Position numbers and translations under genes: made by a program. DNA of 64,000 nt from Octopus sinensis (taxonomy: Eukaryota). Numbering within the stretch: the first letter of the stretch is position 1; every line of letters begins with the position of its first letter. A model generated the notes under the pieces. It was not told where the DNA came from. It saw only the letters and a list, made by a program, of their open reading frames with translations, and made no database searches. Location: positions 81,220,001 to 81,284,000 of the forward strand of contig NC_043001.1 in NCBI RefSeq assembly GCF_006345805.1, given 5' to 3'. Positions 1 through 13,206 of the stretch are shown one piece after another.

Positions 1-120
1 AATGAAAGCAGCTCTAATATCTCAGCTCATAATTACAGATTACAGAATATTATTGTACTGCTAGCTAATACTAGCAAACCGTGTTGCTAATATTAGTTAA
101 ATTGTACCATTCTGAGTTAA

Positions 121-250
121 CCCTTTTGCATTTAAGCTGGCCATATCCAACCAAAAGATTCTACTTGGATTATGTTCAGAATGGCCAGATCCAACCTTTT
201 ACACTTACCCTACAATGTCATTGTAAAAACAAACAATCACATCATTAAAT
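121..250 (-). mobile_element. Partial TTAA/CCC MITE (family E)
   Basis: ttaa-CCCTTTTGCATT terminus; reverse match to the element at 3936-4156. Confidence 0.6.
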
Positions 251-1453
251 GGTAAGCGCAATGATGCCAGTTGAATATTGGGATCAATGAAATCAACTTA
301 TTCCCTGCCCCAAAATTGCTGGCCTTGTGCCAAAATTTGAAACCATTATTATTGTTATTATAGTTAATCTCCTCCTCCTCCTACCCTCCTCTTTCTCTTT
401 TCATTCTCCTCCTCCTTTCCTTCTCCTTTCCTCCCCTTCTTTATTGATATTGTTATTACTCTTATAGGTATTATTCTTATATTGATAAGTGTGTAAGAAA
501 ACGTTATTTTGAAGAAAGAAGTAAAACCCAAAGTGTAAAATAAATGAAATTCTTTGTTTATTTTGCACACTGTGTGTGTATGTGCATGCGTGTGTGCGTG
601 TGTAATTTTTGGCACAGATTCTTTCGTTCAGTCTTAACTTTCCCCTCCCCCCCCACTACTGGTAGCGGGAGCGTTCCTTATGTTCGTTTGTTTTTATGAA
701 GCCACTCTGTTATGTTGAGAGTATTTTGGCAAATTGTCCCAGTCCTTACATTTAGGTTCTTCCCTTAAAAAAGAGAACGGAAAAGTAAAAATATTCATCA
801 TGGGTGTATGTGTGTTGTATATATGTTTGTAAGTATCTTGTGTGTATGTATTGTATGTGTGTTTTTCTTGGAGACTGATGGATTACAAAGAATTATATAA
901 TGCATGAAAATTGTATATGCATAGAAACAGCTTCATGTGTGTGTGCACTGGGTTGTCTTACTCATTGTGTGCATATGAAACTTGCAGAGAGTGTATATAA
1001 AAGTATTTGCAAGCACATATAAAACACTTATCTCCTGTTTTCTCTCTCCTTTCTTTCTAATCCTACCTCTGTCTCCCCCTCCCTAAATAGTTATGTAGAT
1101 ACTTGTTCAACATAAATAATGTTTATCTATATTGTTGTATAACATATAATGCTACATATCATATATATCTATATATATTTCTGTATATATATATATATGT
1201 ATGTATGTATAATGCTATATAACACTTATGTGCATTATCATATAACACACACACACATATAGCTTTATAACATTGCTGTAAAACACGCATATATTGCTAT
1301 ATCATATATATTATTATATAACATACACACACACACACTGCTATACAACATATACACAACGTATTGCTAAATGGTGTATTAGTCATTCACATTTGTTATA
1401 GAATAATTTATATTGTAATTCTGATCATGATTTTCCCTATCTCCCCTTTACAG

Positions 1454-1622
1454 ATCACTCTGCAAGTGATGAATCTTCCTCAGGTGAGGGGCCAGTACGA
1501 GTGTGCCTTCTCTGCTTACGGCCGCAACCACACATTGACTACAAATGCTCAGAAGGCCCGCGACCAGGTGATCTGTCGCACACCCATCAGTAGTAAACTC
1601 CCTCCAATTCCAACTGGCAAAG
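1454..1622 (+). CDS. Plxn: Plexin internal coding exon (IPT/TIG-like domain after PSI1), 169 nt, phase 0 to phase 1
   Basis: Acceptor ctccccttta-cag|ATC and donor AAAG|gtaagt. Encodes ITLQVMNLPQVRGQYECAFSAYGRNHTLTTNAQKARDQVICRTPISSKLPPIPTGK, matching the plexin pattern LP..Y.C.F...T.A....V.C.TP....LP.IP.G, with an NHT sequon. The CAF/TNA/KLSVR/NFTFFDCN motifs lean towards invertebrate plexin-B, but the subfamily is not resolved. Confidence 0.93.
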
Positions 1623-2233
1623 GTAAGTTGTCTTCCTCTTTTATTTTTCTCCAAACCCTCTCTCTCTCTTTCTCTGAACCCTATCGTTAGTTTGTGAGGT
1701 CATTTCTATAATTCTTTTTAATCAACACCAAGCTATGTTGTTTGATATTTGTCTTTCCATTTTCACTTAAGGTACCAGGATTTGTAGCAATTAGCTGTAC
1801 TTGAGAAGTCACATCAAACTAAGTAAAATTGTGGCCATCCATACATACAGGCATGTCCTTTATGGCCATGGTTTCCCATCCCCATGCCCTCTCACAGCTG
1901 AGAAGTCTTCGTCTTGCAGGTGCCAGTGCCACATAAAATGCATTCATGCTGGTAGGATATAAAAAGCACCCAGCACACTCTGTAAAATGGTTAGCATTAG
2001 GAAAGGCATGCAGCCATAGAAACCATCTCAAAACAGACAACTGGAGCCTGGACTGCTCTCCAGCTGTCCAACTCCTGTCAAACTATCCAACCCATGGCAG
2101 CATGGAAAGCAGATATTAAATGATGACGATGATATCACACCCTTCCAAATGCATTTTACCAAGTGCATATGACACTTTTAGTGGAGGAAGTGAATATTCG
2201 ACATTTTATAAATTTGCCACAAAAGCTGTTTAA

Positions 2234-2670
2234 CCCTTCAGCATTGAAACTGGCTATATCAGGCCTAAATATTATACCTGTTTTCTGTTCAAATTGACTG
2301 GATCAGGCCTCTTACAACTATCCTGCAATGCCATTCTAAAATTAAACAAATACATCATGGAAATCTCAAAGCTAAAGCTACAAGATAATGTATGATTAAT
2401 TTGAAAGCAATATGAATAAATAAGCATTATATTTAACAGAGTAATCTCAATGTTAAAAGATTAGCCTGGCCATATCTAGACCAAATATTCTACCTGTATT
2501 GTGTTCAAACTGACCAGATCAGGCCTCTCACATATACCCTGCAATATTCTTTTTGAAATTAAAATGCATCATTGAAATCATGAAGCTACAAGATAATGTA
2601 TGATCAATTGAAAGCAATGTGAATAAATAAGTGTTGTTATATTTGACAGAATAAGCTGAATGCTAATGAG
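2234..2670 (-). mobile_element. Tandem dimer of MITE family E
   Basis: ttaa-CCCTTCAGCATT start. The internal sequence (gccatatc...ccaaatatt.tacctg...gctacaagataatgtatgat...) occurs twice, and the array ends gctgaatgctaatgag-ttaa. Confidence 0.7.
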
Positions 2671-3853
2671 TTAAATTTTTCCAAAGAATTTTTTTGTGTT
2701 ATCATTGTATCTTTTGTGAGTTATTAAATTATTTACAAATTTGAATACATATTTAAGTGAACTATACCAAACAAAATTACCAGGCAGCTCTTTGTCTCTA
2801 CTACACTTGGAATCCTTGATTCCCATCCTTTGCTTGTTAATTACTGAATCTCTAACTTAAATTTCAATGTCAAGCAGTGTTAATTTAATTAAGCTCTACT
2901 TTTCTCTGCCTAGATAACAATGAGGTTTCAAATATGCTTTCATAATGAATTGAGCAATTTTTGAAATTTTGTTGAATATTTCTTTCCTTCATCAAACACT
3001 TCATACATCTCAGCACAATTGTGCTATTGGGGACAGTTGGAGTATTGACCCAACGGCCCAGTCTTTCGCAAAAGTGATGGCCACTCATTCCTGCAAGGCC
3101 CCATTGAATTCAGCACTGCTGTGCCGAGAAGCAGTTGTCAATTTTTCTTTGTTACTGCTACTTATGTTATCATCTTCATACACATACAACATATATGTAT
3201 ACATATACACCTATACCTATGATAGCTGCACGTTCACATTCTGTATACATACATTTATTTGTGTGTTAAATTCACTTATATGAATGTATATTTATCATAT
3301 ACTCACACGCATATGAAATAATCCAGCAATTTTTAATCAAATTGACATTATGTGTATATACATGTATGTACATAAAGTAAGAAGGGTGTGTCTATGTATG
3401 GATATGAATGTCACTGTAGAAATTGTAGAAATGTGTGTAATGTCCATGCAATCAAAAAGCATGCATGTATATCCATCCATGGGGAAATATTACCATACTT
3501 TGAAACAGTTGAGGATTGGTGATGGGAAGGACTATGTGGAAGTGACCAGGATTTAATGAGAGAGACAATGACAGAAACATTAATGTGTGTGTGTGTGTGT
3601 GTATACATATGTATATTAATGTTTGTTTTTATGGCCACTTATAATAAAAACAATTTTACATTAGTCTGATGGGTTACTCTATACTTTTGTAGAGTACAAA
3701 TTTATTATTCTTATACAAGAATGTTTTTGACAGTGACTTTGAAGTTGTGACCATCTAAGCCATCATCATAAATATTTATGCATATTTATGTTGGGGCATA
3801 TATATATATAAGCTTAAAAATTTATGTTAGCTAAGCACTATATGGAAAGAACA

Positions 3854-3884
<31 letters not shown>

Positions 3885-3935
3885 GATAGTTGTTACTTGA
3901 TTTCAAGTAATGTCATTGTTTCGTTGTTCTATTAA

Positions 3936-4156
3936 CCCTTTAGCATTCAGATTTTTCTGTCAAATGTGATGCTTATCTATTCACACGGTTTTGAATTAAT
4001 TAAGCATCATCACATAGCTTTAAGATTCTGATGATGTGATTAGATTGTTTATTTTATTTTTAGAGTAACATTGCAGATAAGCATGAGCGGTCAGATCAGA
4101 CTGGTTTGAACATAAAACAGGTAGAATATTTAGGCCAGTTTAAATGCTAAAAAGGG
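3936..4156 (+). mobile_element. piggyBac-like MITE (family E), 221 bp
   Basis: TTAA at 3932-3935 and 4157-4160; TIRs CCCTTTAGCATT / AATGCTAAAAAGGG. Confidence 0.8.
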
Positions 4157-4160
4157 TTAA

Positions 4161-4831
4161 ATGTGAACAACAGGAATATGTGGCTTTCATTCCTGCATAT
4201 GTCTTACATTAATTGGTATGGATGTGGCGGCGAGCTGGCAGAAACGTTAGCACGCTGGGCGAAATGCTTAGCGGTATTTCGTCTGCCGTTACGTTGTGAG
4301 TTCAAATTCCGCCGAGGTCGACTTTGCCTTTCATCCTTTCGGGGTCGATAAATTAAGTACCAGTTACGCACTGGGGATCGATGTAATCGACTTAATACCT
4401 ATGTCTGTCCTTGTTTGTCCCCTCTGTGTTTAGCCCCTTGTGGGTAATAAAGAAATAAATAGGTATGGATGTGGCAATGACGGGCACTTCCTGTTGTAGG
4501 TGTTAACAGTATTGTGTTGGTGAAACTTCTCACCTCCTGATGCTCATTCTTTTCCCTTGCTCCCTGCAAAACGAGATTGCCATTGTAGTGCATAGTTAAC
4601 AACTTCCCTGTATGTGTGGCTATTCTGATGACTTCTAAGATCTGCTTCACTTAGACACACATGTCCACACTTATTACATGTTAAACTGGGTTGTACCCCA
4701 ACATGATTCATGTGAAGACCATAACAAACATCTCTCTTGAGCTGTTCATGTTCAATGTGATTTTCTTTGAATTCTTCTGTCCTACTTTCTTCCTTGACGG
4801 GTTCCCTAGAGCAAGGTTTTTCGTATCTATT
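4161..4831 (-). mobile_element. Decayed RTE-clade LINE 3' end with C2H2 finger(s), interrupted by the SINE at 4226-4461
   Basis: Minus-strand open frame 4831-4544 reads ...EPVKEESRTEEFKENHIEHEQLKRDVCYG...LTCNKCGHVCLSEADLRSHQNSH. This resembles the RTE C-terminal pattern VKEG..FE..RI.H..LKR..RK...C..CG..C.S.AGL.SH. Confidence 0.6.
4226..4461 (+). mobile_element. Young tRNA-derived SINE (family B, head ggcggcgagctggcagaaacg)
   Basis: B-box GAGTTCAAATTCC and core gccgaggtcgactttgcctttcatcctttcggggtcgataaattaagtaccag with CpGs retained. Exact 14-bp direct repeat GGTATGGATGTGGC at 4215-4228 and 4462-4475. Confidence 0.9.
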
Positions 4832-4899
4832 TCAGTGTGTTTATACCTTAAGACTAACATGACATATATGTACATTAACATTATACACGTGTGTGTGAG

Positions 4900-4933
<34 letters not shown>

Positions 4934-6439
4934 CATACACATGTGTATGTATACATATGTATGTGTGTGTATATATATGTTCATATGTGTGTGTGTGCAT
5001 ATGTATATATATATAGTGAGAGAGAGAGAGATACATGCATATATGTACAGATAGATAGATACAGATACATGCATATATATATAGATATATGTAACACATG
5101 CACATATATAAATTTATTTATCTATTTTCACATGTAACAAAATGTGTAAGCATGTGTGCAGTGTATTCATTTACATGTGTTAAATGTCGGCTTGGCTTCT
5201 ACATAGATGCATCTCATATTTTTACTCACTGCCTCTTACTTTCATCTCATATGGGTAGATAGGTATATATAAAAATATGTATTCAAGCACATATATATAT
5301 CAGCATATATCCACCATTATCCTACCATAAAGCTCTTGTGTGTATCTTGCATTAAATTTTCATGATACTTCCCTTTTATCTGTTACATTATATATATAAA
5401 ATATGTAATACTGTCCACATGTGTGTATGTGTAAAATGTTACATATATAAATATACAAAATATTACACATATAATGTATATATGTGTGTGTAAACAATTA
5501 TGTATATGCATTCATAAAATATTACATATACATTATATAAAATTATATATATACATATATATTCATGCATATATATATATATATACACATACACACACAC
5601 ATATACATACATAAAATATTATACATACACACACACATATACATACATAAAATATTATATATAGACAGTAATACATGCATATCTTAAATTCAATCTTTTT
5701 ACATACTCCAACCTGCTCAGGATTAAAAAAAAATTTTTTTGTAGCTATTATTATTATTATTGACTGTTTTTTTCTTTTTTTTCTTTTTGTGCCTCTCTCA
5801 ACTCGTTTGCTCATGCAAATATCATTGTTTATGCAATGTTTACATTCACAGATATTTGATGATAAAACAACTATTCGGAACTCTTGCACTTTATCATGTC
5901 TCATATGTACTAAACATGATTTTGTAGTTGTTTTTCCAATTTGGGGTGGTTTGTTGTTGCTTTTTTTTTTGTTTTTAATTTTCTTCCGAAATGTTGTATA
6001 TGCTTAGTTCCAAACAGTTTTTGCATCAATTGAAATATTTCAAGACACACACACACACACACACATATGTTGTATGTACACACTTGTGCAACTGTGTACA
6101 TATAATATCTATATGCAATTATGTGCATCATATGTATATAGTCGTTTGTGGCTTTGTGTGTGTGTATAATATATATACTGCTATATATAGCTAGCTAGCT
6201 AGATACATGTATACACATAATCATGAATATAGTTACTACATATTTGAGAGCATATATATACATTCACACACACAAGCCTCCCATGCCTGCACACTTATGC
6301 AACAAATTCCTTGCAAAGCTTTAGCCAGCTTGGGGTTATAGCCACCTAAGGGAACTGTACCCAAAACCATGTCTTTGGGAAGCAGACTTCTTAACTACAC
6401 AGCCATGCTTATATATGTGTATGTTTGTGTATGCATCTT

Positions 6440-6736
6440 TTATTTTTCACTTGTTTCAGTCATTAGACAGCCGCCATGTTGGGGCACTATCTCAAAGGAA
6501 TCGACCCCAGTACTTATTTTTCTCTAAGCCTGGTATTTATTCTATCAGTCTCTTTTGCTGAACTGCTAAGTTACATAAACAAGACATCACCAGTTGTCAT
6601 GCAGTTGTGGAGGATAAACATAGACATATACATATATATACAATGGCCTTCATTCAGTTTCCATCTGCCAAATCCACTGGCAAAGCTTTGATCATTCAGA
6701 GGCTATAGTAGAAGACACTTGCTCAAGGTACCATGC
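6440..6736 (-). mobile_element. SINE family A (3' two-thirds); another partial copy at about 6275-6408
   Basis: Reverse match to the family consensus (cttgtttcagtcatt...cagtttccatctgccaaatccac...gtagaagacacttg). Confidence 0.8.
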
Positions 6737-6741
6737 ATGTA

Positions 6742-6787
<46 letters not shown>

Positions 6788-6912
6788 TAACAATGGACTA
6801 TAATAACTGCTGTAATTTAATCATCCATAGTCTGATATAATATTTCAGAATACCAAAATTCCTTCTTCAGATATCCCTAGGAATTGATCAAGTCACTGCT
6901 ATAATTGGTTTA

Positions 6913-6956
<44 letters not shown>

Positions 6957-6964
6957 GTATATGC

Positions 6965-7045
<81 letters not shown>

Positions 7046-7046
7046 G

Positions 7047-7079
<33 letters not shown>

Positions 7080-7549
7080 GTACATGTGTAAATATATACT
7101 CCTCTTCAGTCACCTGTTTCCACTCATTTCTACTCATCTTGTGTCTTGAGGGTTCAACATACCATCTCATCCCTGTTATTTTTATTCCAGTCCAGCTCCG
7201 CATCAGTTATTCCTTTCCCACCTCCTATAATGCATGTAGCCGTGTAAGCTCCTCTACTGCAAGATGAAACTTATTCTGCTCTCTTCACTCATATTTTCAA
7301 CCAATCATCTCCTAACATAAAATCACCTCCCTCTTCATTGTGGCAGTACTCATTTGAAGATCTTTGCCTCATAAGCTGCATGGGTAACCTCCCCTGTTCT
7401 GGTGCCTTAAACAAAGCACCCAGCACACACCGTTAAATGATTGGCCTTAAGAGCATCCAGCCATAGAAATCATGCCAAATTCAGATACTGCAGCATGATG
7501 CAGTCCTTGGATCTATCAGATTATGATGATGAAATACACACAAAGCTAC

Positions 7550-7590
<41 letters not shown>

Positions 7591-7623
7591 CTATCTAGAT
7601 TCACCCACACACATATGCATAAG

Positions 7624-7664
<41 letters not shown>

Positions 7665-7761
7665 GTGTGTGTGCTTCTGTGCATATTTACCTTCATATGT
7701 AAACATATACATGTATGTATGTTTATATGCATATGTACACCCATGGACACACACATATGCT

Positions 7762-7792
<31 letters not shown>

Positions 7793-9112
7793 GTGTAAAG
7801 GGAGAGATACTTAGAAAAATATAAATGTGTATATAAATATACTTGTTTATACCTATGTGTACTTAGCTTGTTTACATTTTGCATCCCCCCTCTCAACCTA
7901 CCGAATCCATTCTCCTCACCTTCACACCCTAGCGAATTTTTATCGCAGACTTTCATCATGAAAACCAAACATTTAGATGGAATCAGAATATGTAATAGAA
8001 GGAAAGCATAAAAAACAAAAACAAACTTAATCACACACGCTCACACGCACACAAATACATACATGCATACATACATACATATACTCGTGTTTGTATGTCA
8101 GAAGCCAAAACTGATAGTTTATATATATTTAACATGTTTGTAACCCAAAACTGTTCTGTTTTCCTTTATGTATCAACTCGGAAGTCTAACTTAATGTATT
8201 TTATGTATTTATTCTTAATCATCATCATTTTAACATCCACTTTTCCAAGCTTGCATGGGTCAGAGTGAGTGTTTACTGAGGCAGTTTTTGACAGCTGGAT
8301 GCTCTCCCTATCACTGACCCTCACTTGTTCCCAAGCAAGGTAATAGTTTCCCATGGCCAGGCATGTTTCACAGAAGACTGGAAACTAACAACATCACTGG
8401 TATGATGGTGATGGATGTTTACAACCATCTTGTGCACATTTGTGTGTAGACTCTCACACACACACACATACGCGCATGCGTGTGTGTGTTTGTATGGCTT
8501 TTTTTCAGCTTTTCTCTATCAAATCCATTCAGAATGATTTTGTTGGCCTGAAGCCATGGTACAAGACACTTAACCAAGGCGTATATACACATGTATAATT
8601 TCATTTACGTATTAAGTATGCAGTTTAATCTACGAAGCTCACCCACAGGCAGTATTCCAGGTATATATATGTGTGTTGGCGACACATAAAAAGTACTAGG
8701 TACACTGTTGAGCAGTTGGCAAAGGGAAAGGTTTCCAGCCATAGAAACCATGCCAAAACAGACTGGAGTCTGGTGCATCTCTCTGGCTTACGTGTTACGA
8801 TCAAATCATCTAACCCATGCCTGCATGGAAAACAGATGGTAAATGATGTCAATGATAATGATAGTAATATATATATATTTATGTATATATATCTTATATC
8901 TTTTACTTGTTTTAGTCATCAGACTGTGGCTATGCTGTGGCATCACCTTAAGGAATCACAGTCATACAAATCAACCCTAGCCCTTATTATTCTTTGTAAA
9001 GCCTGGTACATATTCCGTCAGTCTGTTTTGCCAAACCATTAAGTTACTGGAATGTAAACACACCAATACTGGTTGCCAAGCAGTAAGCTGGAACAAACAA
9101 CAATACACAGAC

Positions 9113-9175
9113 ATATATATGTATGTATGTATGTATATATATCTATGTATATATATGTATGTGTACATATGTATG

Positions 9176-9206
<31 letters not shown>

Positions 9207-9324
9207 ATATATATATGTATGTATGTATGTATATATATATATATATGTATGTATGTATGTATGTATATATATATATGTATGTATATATATATGTATGTAT
9301 ATATATATGTATGTATGTATGTAT

Positions 9325-9364
<40 letters not shown>

Positions 9365-9369
9365 GTATA

Positions 9370-9402
<33 letters not shown>

Positions 9403-9569
9403 ATATATATATATGTATGTATGTATGTATGTATATATATATGTATGTATGTATGTATGTATATATATATATATGTATGTATGTATGTATACATATGTAT
9501 ATCTATGTATGTATGTATGTATATATATGTATATCTATATATGTATGTATATATATATATGTATGTATA

Positions 9570-9600
<31 letters not shown>

Positions 9601-9625
9601 TTATATACACACATACATACATACA
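9113..9625. repeat. ~500-bp compound (TATG)n/(TA)n microsatellite
   Basis: Directly visible; source of the YI/MYV ORFs. Confidence 0.97.
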
Positions 9626-9935
9626 TCATCATCATCGTTTAATGTCCCCTTTCCATGCTAGCATGGGTTGGACGGTTCAACTGGGGTCTGGGAAGCCCGA
9701 AGGCTGCACCAGGCCAGTCAGATCTGGCAGTGTTTCTACAGCTGGATGCCCTTCCTAATGCCAACCATTCCGTGAGTGTAGTGGGTACTTTTTATGTGCC
9801 GCCGACACAGGTGCCAGACGAGGCTGGCGAACGGCCACGCTCGGATGGTGCTTTTTACATGCCATCGGTACGGAGGCCAGGCGAGGCTGGCAACGGCCAC
9901 GATCAGATGGTGTTTGTTACGTGCCACCAGCACGG
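9625..9935 (-). mobile_element. SINE family D 3' part with internal 62-63 bp repeat; other copies at about 1905-2135, 7380-7535, 8680-8870, 24580-25080, 34430-34930, 54900-55130 and 60720-60870
   Basis: Shared aacccatgc.agcatggaaa..ggac.ttaaa(tga)n end and ggatgcccttcctaatgccaacca core. Confidence 0.8.
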
Positions 9936-9944
9936 AGATATATA

Positions 9945-9991
<47 letters not shown>

Positions 9992-10639
9992 ATAGTCTTC
10001 TTTCAGTTTCCATCTACCAAATTCCCCCATCCAAGGCTTTTGGTATAAATGTTTCTGACATAATATATACGCTAGCTATAACACATATGGTATAGGAACA
10101 GATTAGTAGCAGATGTTAACATATTAAAACTGTATCATCATAATAGATACCATACAATATTACTTACATATATATGATAGGGATATAGCTTAGCGGTTGT
10201 TATATAATGGCAACAATGTAATTAATGAACACAATGACGACATAGCTGTGTTTCCAACATTTTCCAATTTGCTATGTCAAAAACATAATGTTCTTTAATT
10301 CCCCTCTTGTTTCTGTTCACCACAGACCAAACTACCACCACCACTGTCATCACCACCATTAGTATTATTATTATTGTTGTTGCTATTTGTTTCTCCGAGT
10401 CACCATATGGCCATTCAGCTATCCACTCTTCTCCACTCAACTCTGAAGATGAAAGGTGATCCTGGCCATTCCTAGCTAAATGATTCTCTGCAAACTTTGT
10501 TTTCCTTTTCATCTCCTTTTATCTCGTTTATTTGATTTCTTTGTTGTTTTTTTTTACTGTTTTTAAGCTGTTATTTTTTGTTTGTGTTTTTGTTTCTTAT
10601 GTCTCTTTATATTGTTGTGTGTATGTATTTTGGTAGTCA

Positions 10640-10737
10640 TTCTTAAATTTTTTGATGTCATCATTAACATGGTCTTCAAAATAACTATTGACATAGCCAC
10701 CAGCAGTATCACCATTGTCACCATCACCACCACCATT

Positions 10738-10770
<33 letters not shown>

Positions 10771-11680
10771 TTCAGCAGCAGCATCACCATCATCGCTATC
10801 ATCTTCATGATCACTCTCATCACCTTTGTCATCATCTTCATTCTCATCACCATCTTCATCATCATTCTCATCATCAACACCATCACCACCATCATCTTCA
10901 CATCATTACCATCAATGTCATCATCATTGTCACTATCATCATCATCACCACTGTACTGCTCTTCCTCTTATCCTCGTTTTTATCCTTATCTTCATCAACT
11001 TAGACATTGTCAGCATCATCATTTAATGGTGTTACAGATAAGGCACATGGCAGTCAGGCATCATCTGGGTATGTCTGTCTACTGCAGCTGTCCACCACCT
11101 CAAAACCACCACCAACACCACCTCCAACAACAACAGCATTTAGTATATATATATATATAGATGCACAGCAAGGTAGGGGGGGGGAGGTTGAAGGTTAGAC
11201 AATTTTCAAATGCATTCTTTGTTTTTCATCACCTCCATTGTTTCAATGACAACAACACAGATAATAAACAAACAATAAGGAAGAATTGGGAATCAAATAA
11301 TTATGATGATAACAACAAAAATAATTCCTCTATGACAACCATCATCATCATTTTCACTTTCATCATCATTGTCATCATCACCACCACCACTTATTTTCAC
11401 CACCACTATCATCGCTATCACCATCATCACTACCATTATCATTGTTGTTGTTGTCATCATCACTACCATCATTGTTGTCATCACCAGCACCACCATCACA
11501 ACTGTCATTACCATTCTACCACCAACAATACTACATCACCACAAACTCATCCCCCAATCATCATCACAGCCTCTCTTTACCCCCCCCCCCACTACCACCA
11601 TCACCATTGTGGATTCCCCCACCTCCACTCCCACAACCATCACAACTATTAACCACCATACCACCTCAAGCGTTGCCATT
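10640..11680. repeat. Degenerate (CAT/CAC)n trinucleotide low-complexity region
   Basis: Long runs of catcatcat/caccaccac. Confidence 0.9.
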
Positions 11681-13060
11681 ATTGCTGCCATTAGGGAAAT
11701 ATTCTAAGCCTTCTAGCCTTAGTTCTTGGTTTAGCTTCTGTCCCAATCCCCACCTGCCCATCTATCTTCACTGCAAGCTACTTCAGGCCTTACATAACAA
11801 CAGCCCTCACCTCCCTAGACAATGTTAACCAATCCCTAATCATCAGGACTCCCTTCGATATTTGCAGTTCCCTAATCTCCTTCCCACCTACTAATGCTTG
11901 GTAAGCTTTCATAATTTATGCAATATAATAGGGTGGGTCCTCATTTATTTATTCATATATTTTATTGCAGCCTAGAGTCTTGAATGTGTCTATATTATAT
12001 AAGCATATACATTTGTATGTGTATATGTGTGTATGGACACACACACACACAATCAGCAGAAGTTAAAGAGTGACTCAAGGGTTAGGAGTTTTGTGCATAA
12101 GCACTTTATATACACATAGACATGTGAGTGGTCTCCCTTGCCTGTATATGTGAGAGTATGCATATGTGGGATGGCTATCCATGTATATGTATCTATGAAT
12201 GTGTGTTTATAGTTTAGTGTACTAAATATGTATATTAATAGACTTGTATATTCACAAATATACTTTTGTTTGCATAAACATGTATGTGTATGGATATGAG
12301 TGTGAGTGTGTGTGTATGCATGCTTATATACATATGTCTCGATACAAACATACACGCATGTCTGTACATAGATATATATATTATATATATTGGTGTGTGT
12401 GTGTTTGTATATATATGTGTGTGTGTGTGTGTATTTATATGTATGTAGGAATACATATGTGTATGCCTATTTGTGTGTTTATGTATATATCCAACCCATG
12501 CCAGTATGTCAACGAATGTTAAATAAAGATGATGATTTTTGTACCTATATATATATATGTGTGTGTGTGTGTGTCGGTGTGTATGTGTTTATATGTATGC
12601 ATACATGTGTACCTACATTAGATAGATAAATAAATATATTACAACAGACACGTGCCATACGTGCTGCACTTAAGGTCTGCAACTATCCATCCATCATTCT
12701 CTACCAGGTGTCAGCCCTGATCCTAACTGAATGCACTGGAGTGTGGTGGGGGGGTGTTGTGGAGGGTTGGTTGTGGGCAAGAATGACATTGACATTAGAC
12801 AGTGATGGAAGCAGATCAAACAAACCAAACTGCATTTCTCTTTAAATGTGACACTTCTGCGTTCCATTGTCTCTCTCAAAGCCTTCTATTGTCTGCCCTT
12901 GTACATCTCTTGGCCTTCAATTGCATCCATGCTTCCATGCTGTGCATCATCATCGTCTCTCTGTCTGTGCCTGTCTATTGTTTAACATTCAAGTAATCTC
13001 TCTCAATCTCTCTGTCTTTCTGTATCTAGTTGTCTGTCTGTCTTTTCTCCCTCACTCTCT

Positions 13061-13098
<38 letters not shown>

Positions 13099-13155
13099 GC
13101 ACACATGCTAATATCGTCTATATGTCTGTCTGTCTGTTTATATATATATCTATCT

Positions 13156-13206
<51 letters not shown>

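Noticed and set aside
1364-1690. 108-aa ORF as a single-exon gene
   Set aside because: Only 1454-1622 is plexin-like; the flanks are intronic beyond clear splice sites.
9039-9758. 180-211 aa ORFs rich in YI/MYV/CI
   Set aside because: Translations of (TATG)n/(TA)n microsatellite, which lacks stops in several frames. The same applies to the YLSI, ER, SL and CV ORFs across the window.
10390-10460. Possible exon SPYGHSAIHSSPLNSEDER
   Set aside because: Weak GAG acceptor and GTGATC donor, length not a multiple of 3, no family resemblance.
10563-11828. Poly-Ile/His/Thr/Met ORFs
   Set aside because: (CAT/CAC)n low-complexity DNA, open on both strands, with no splice or domain support.
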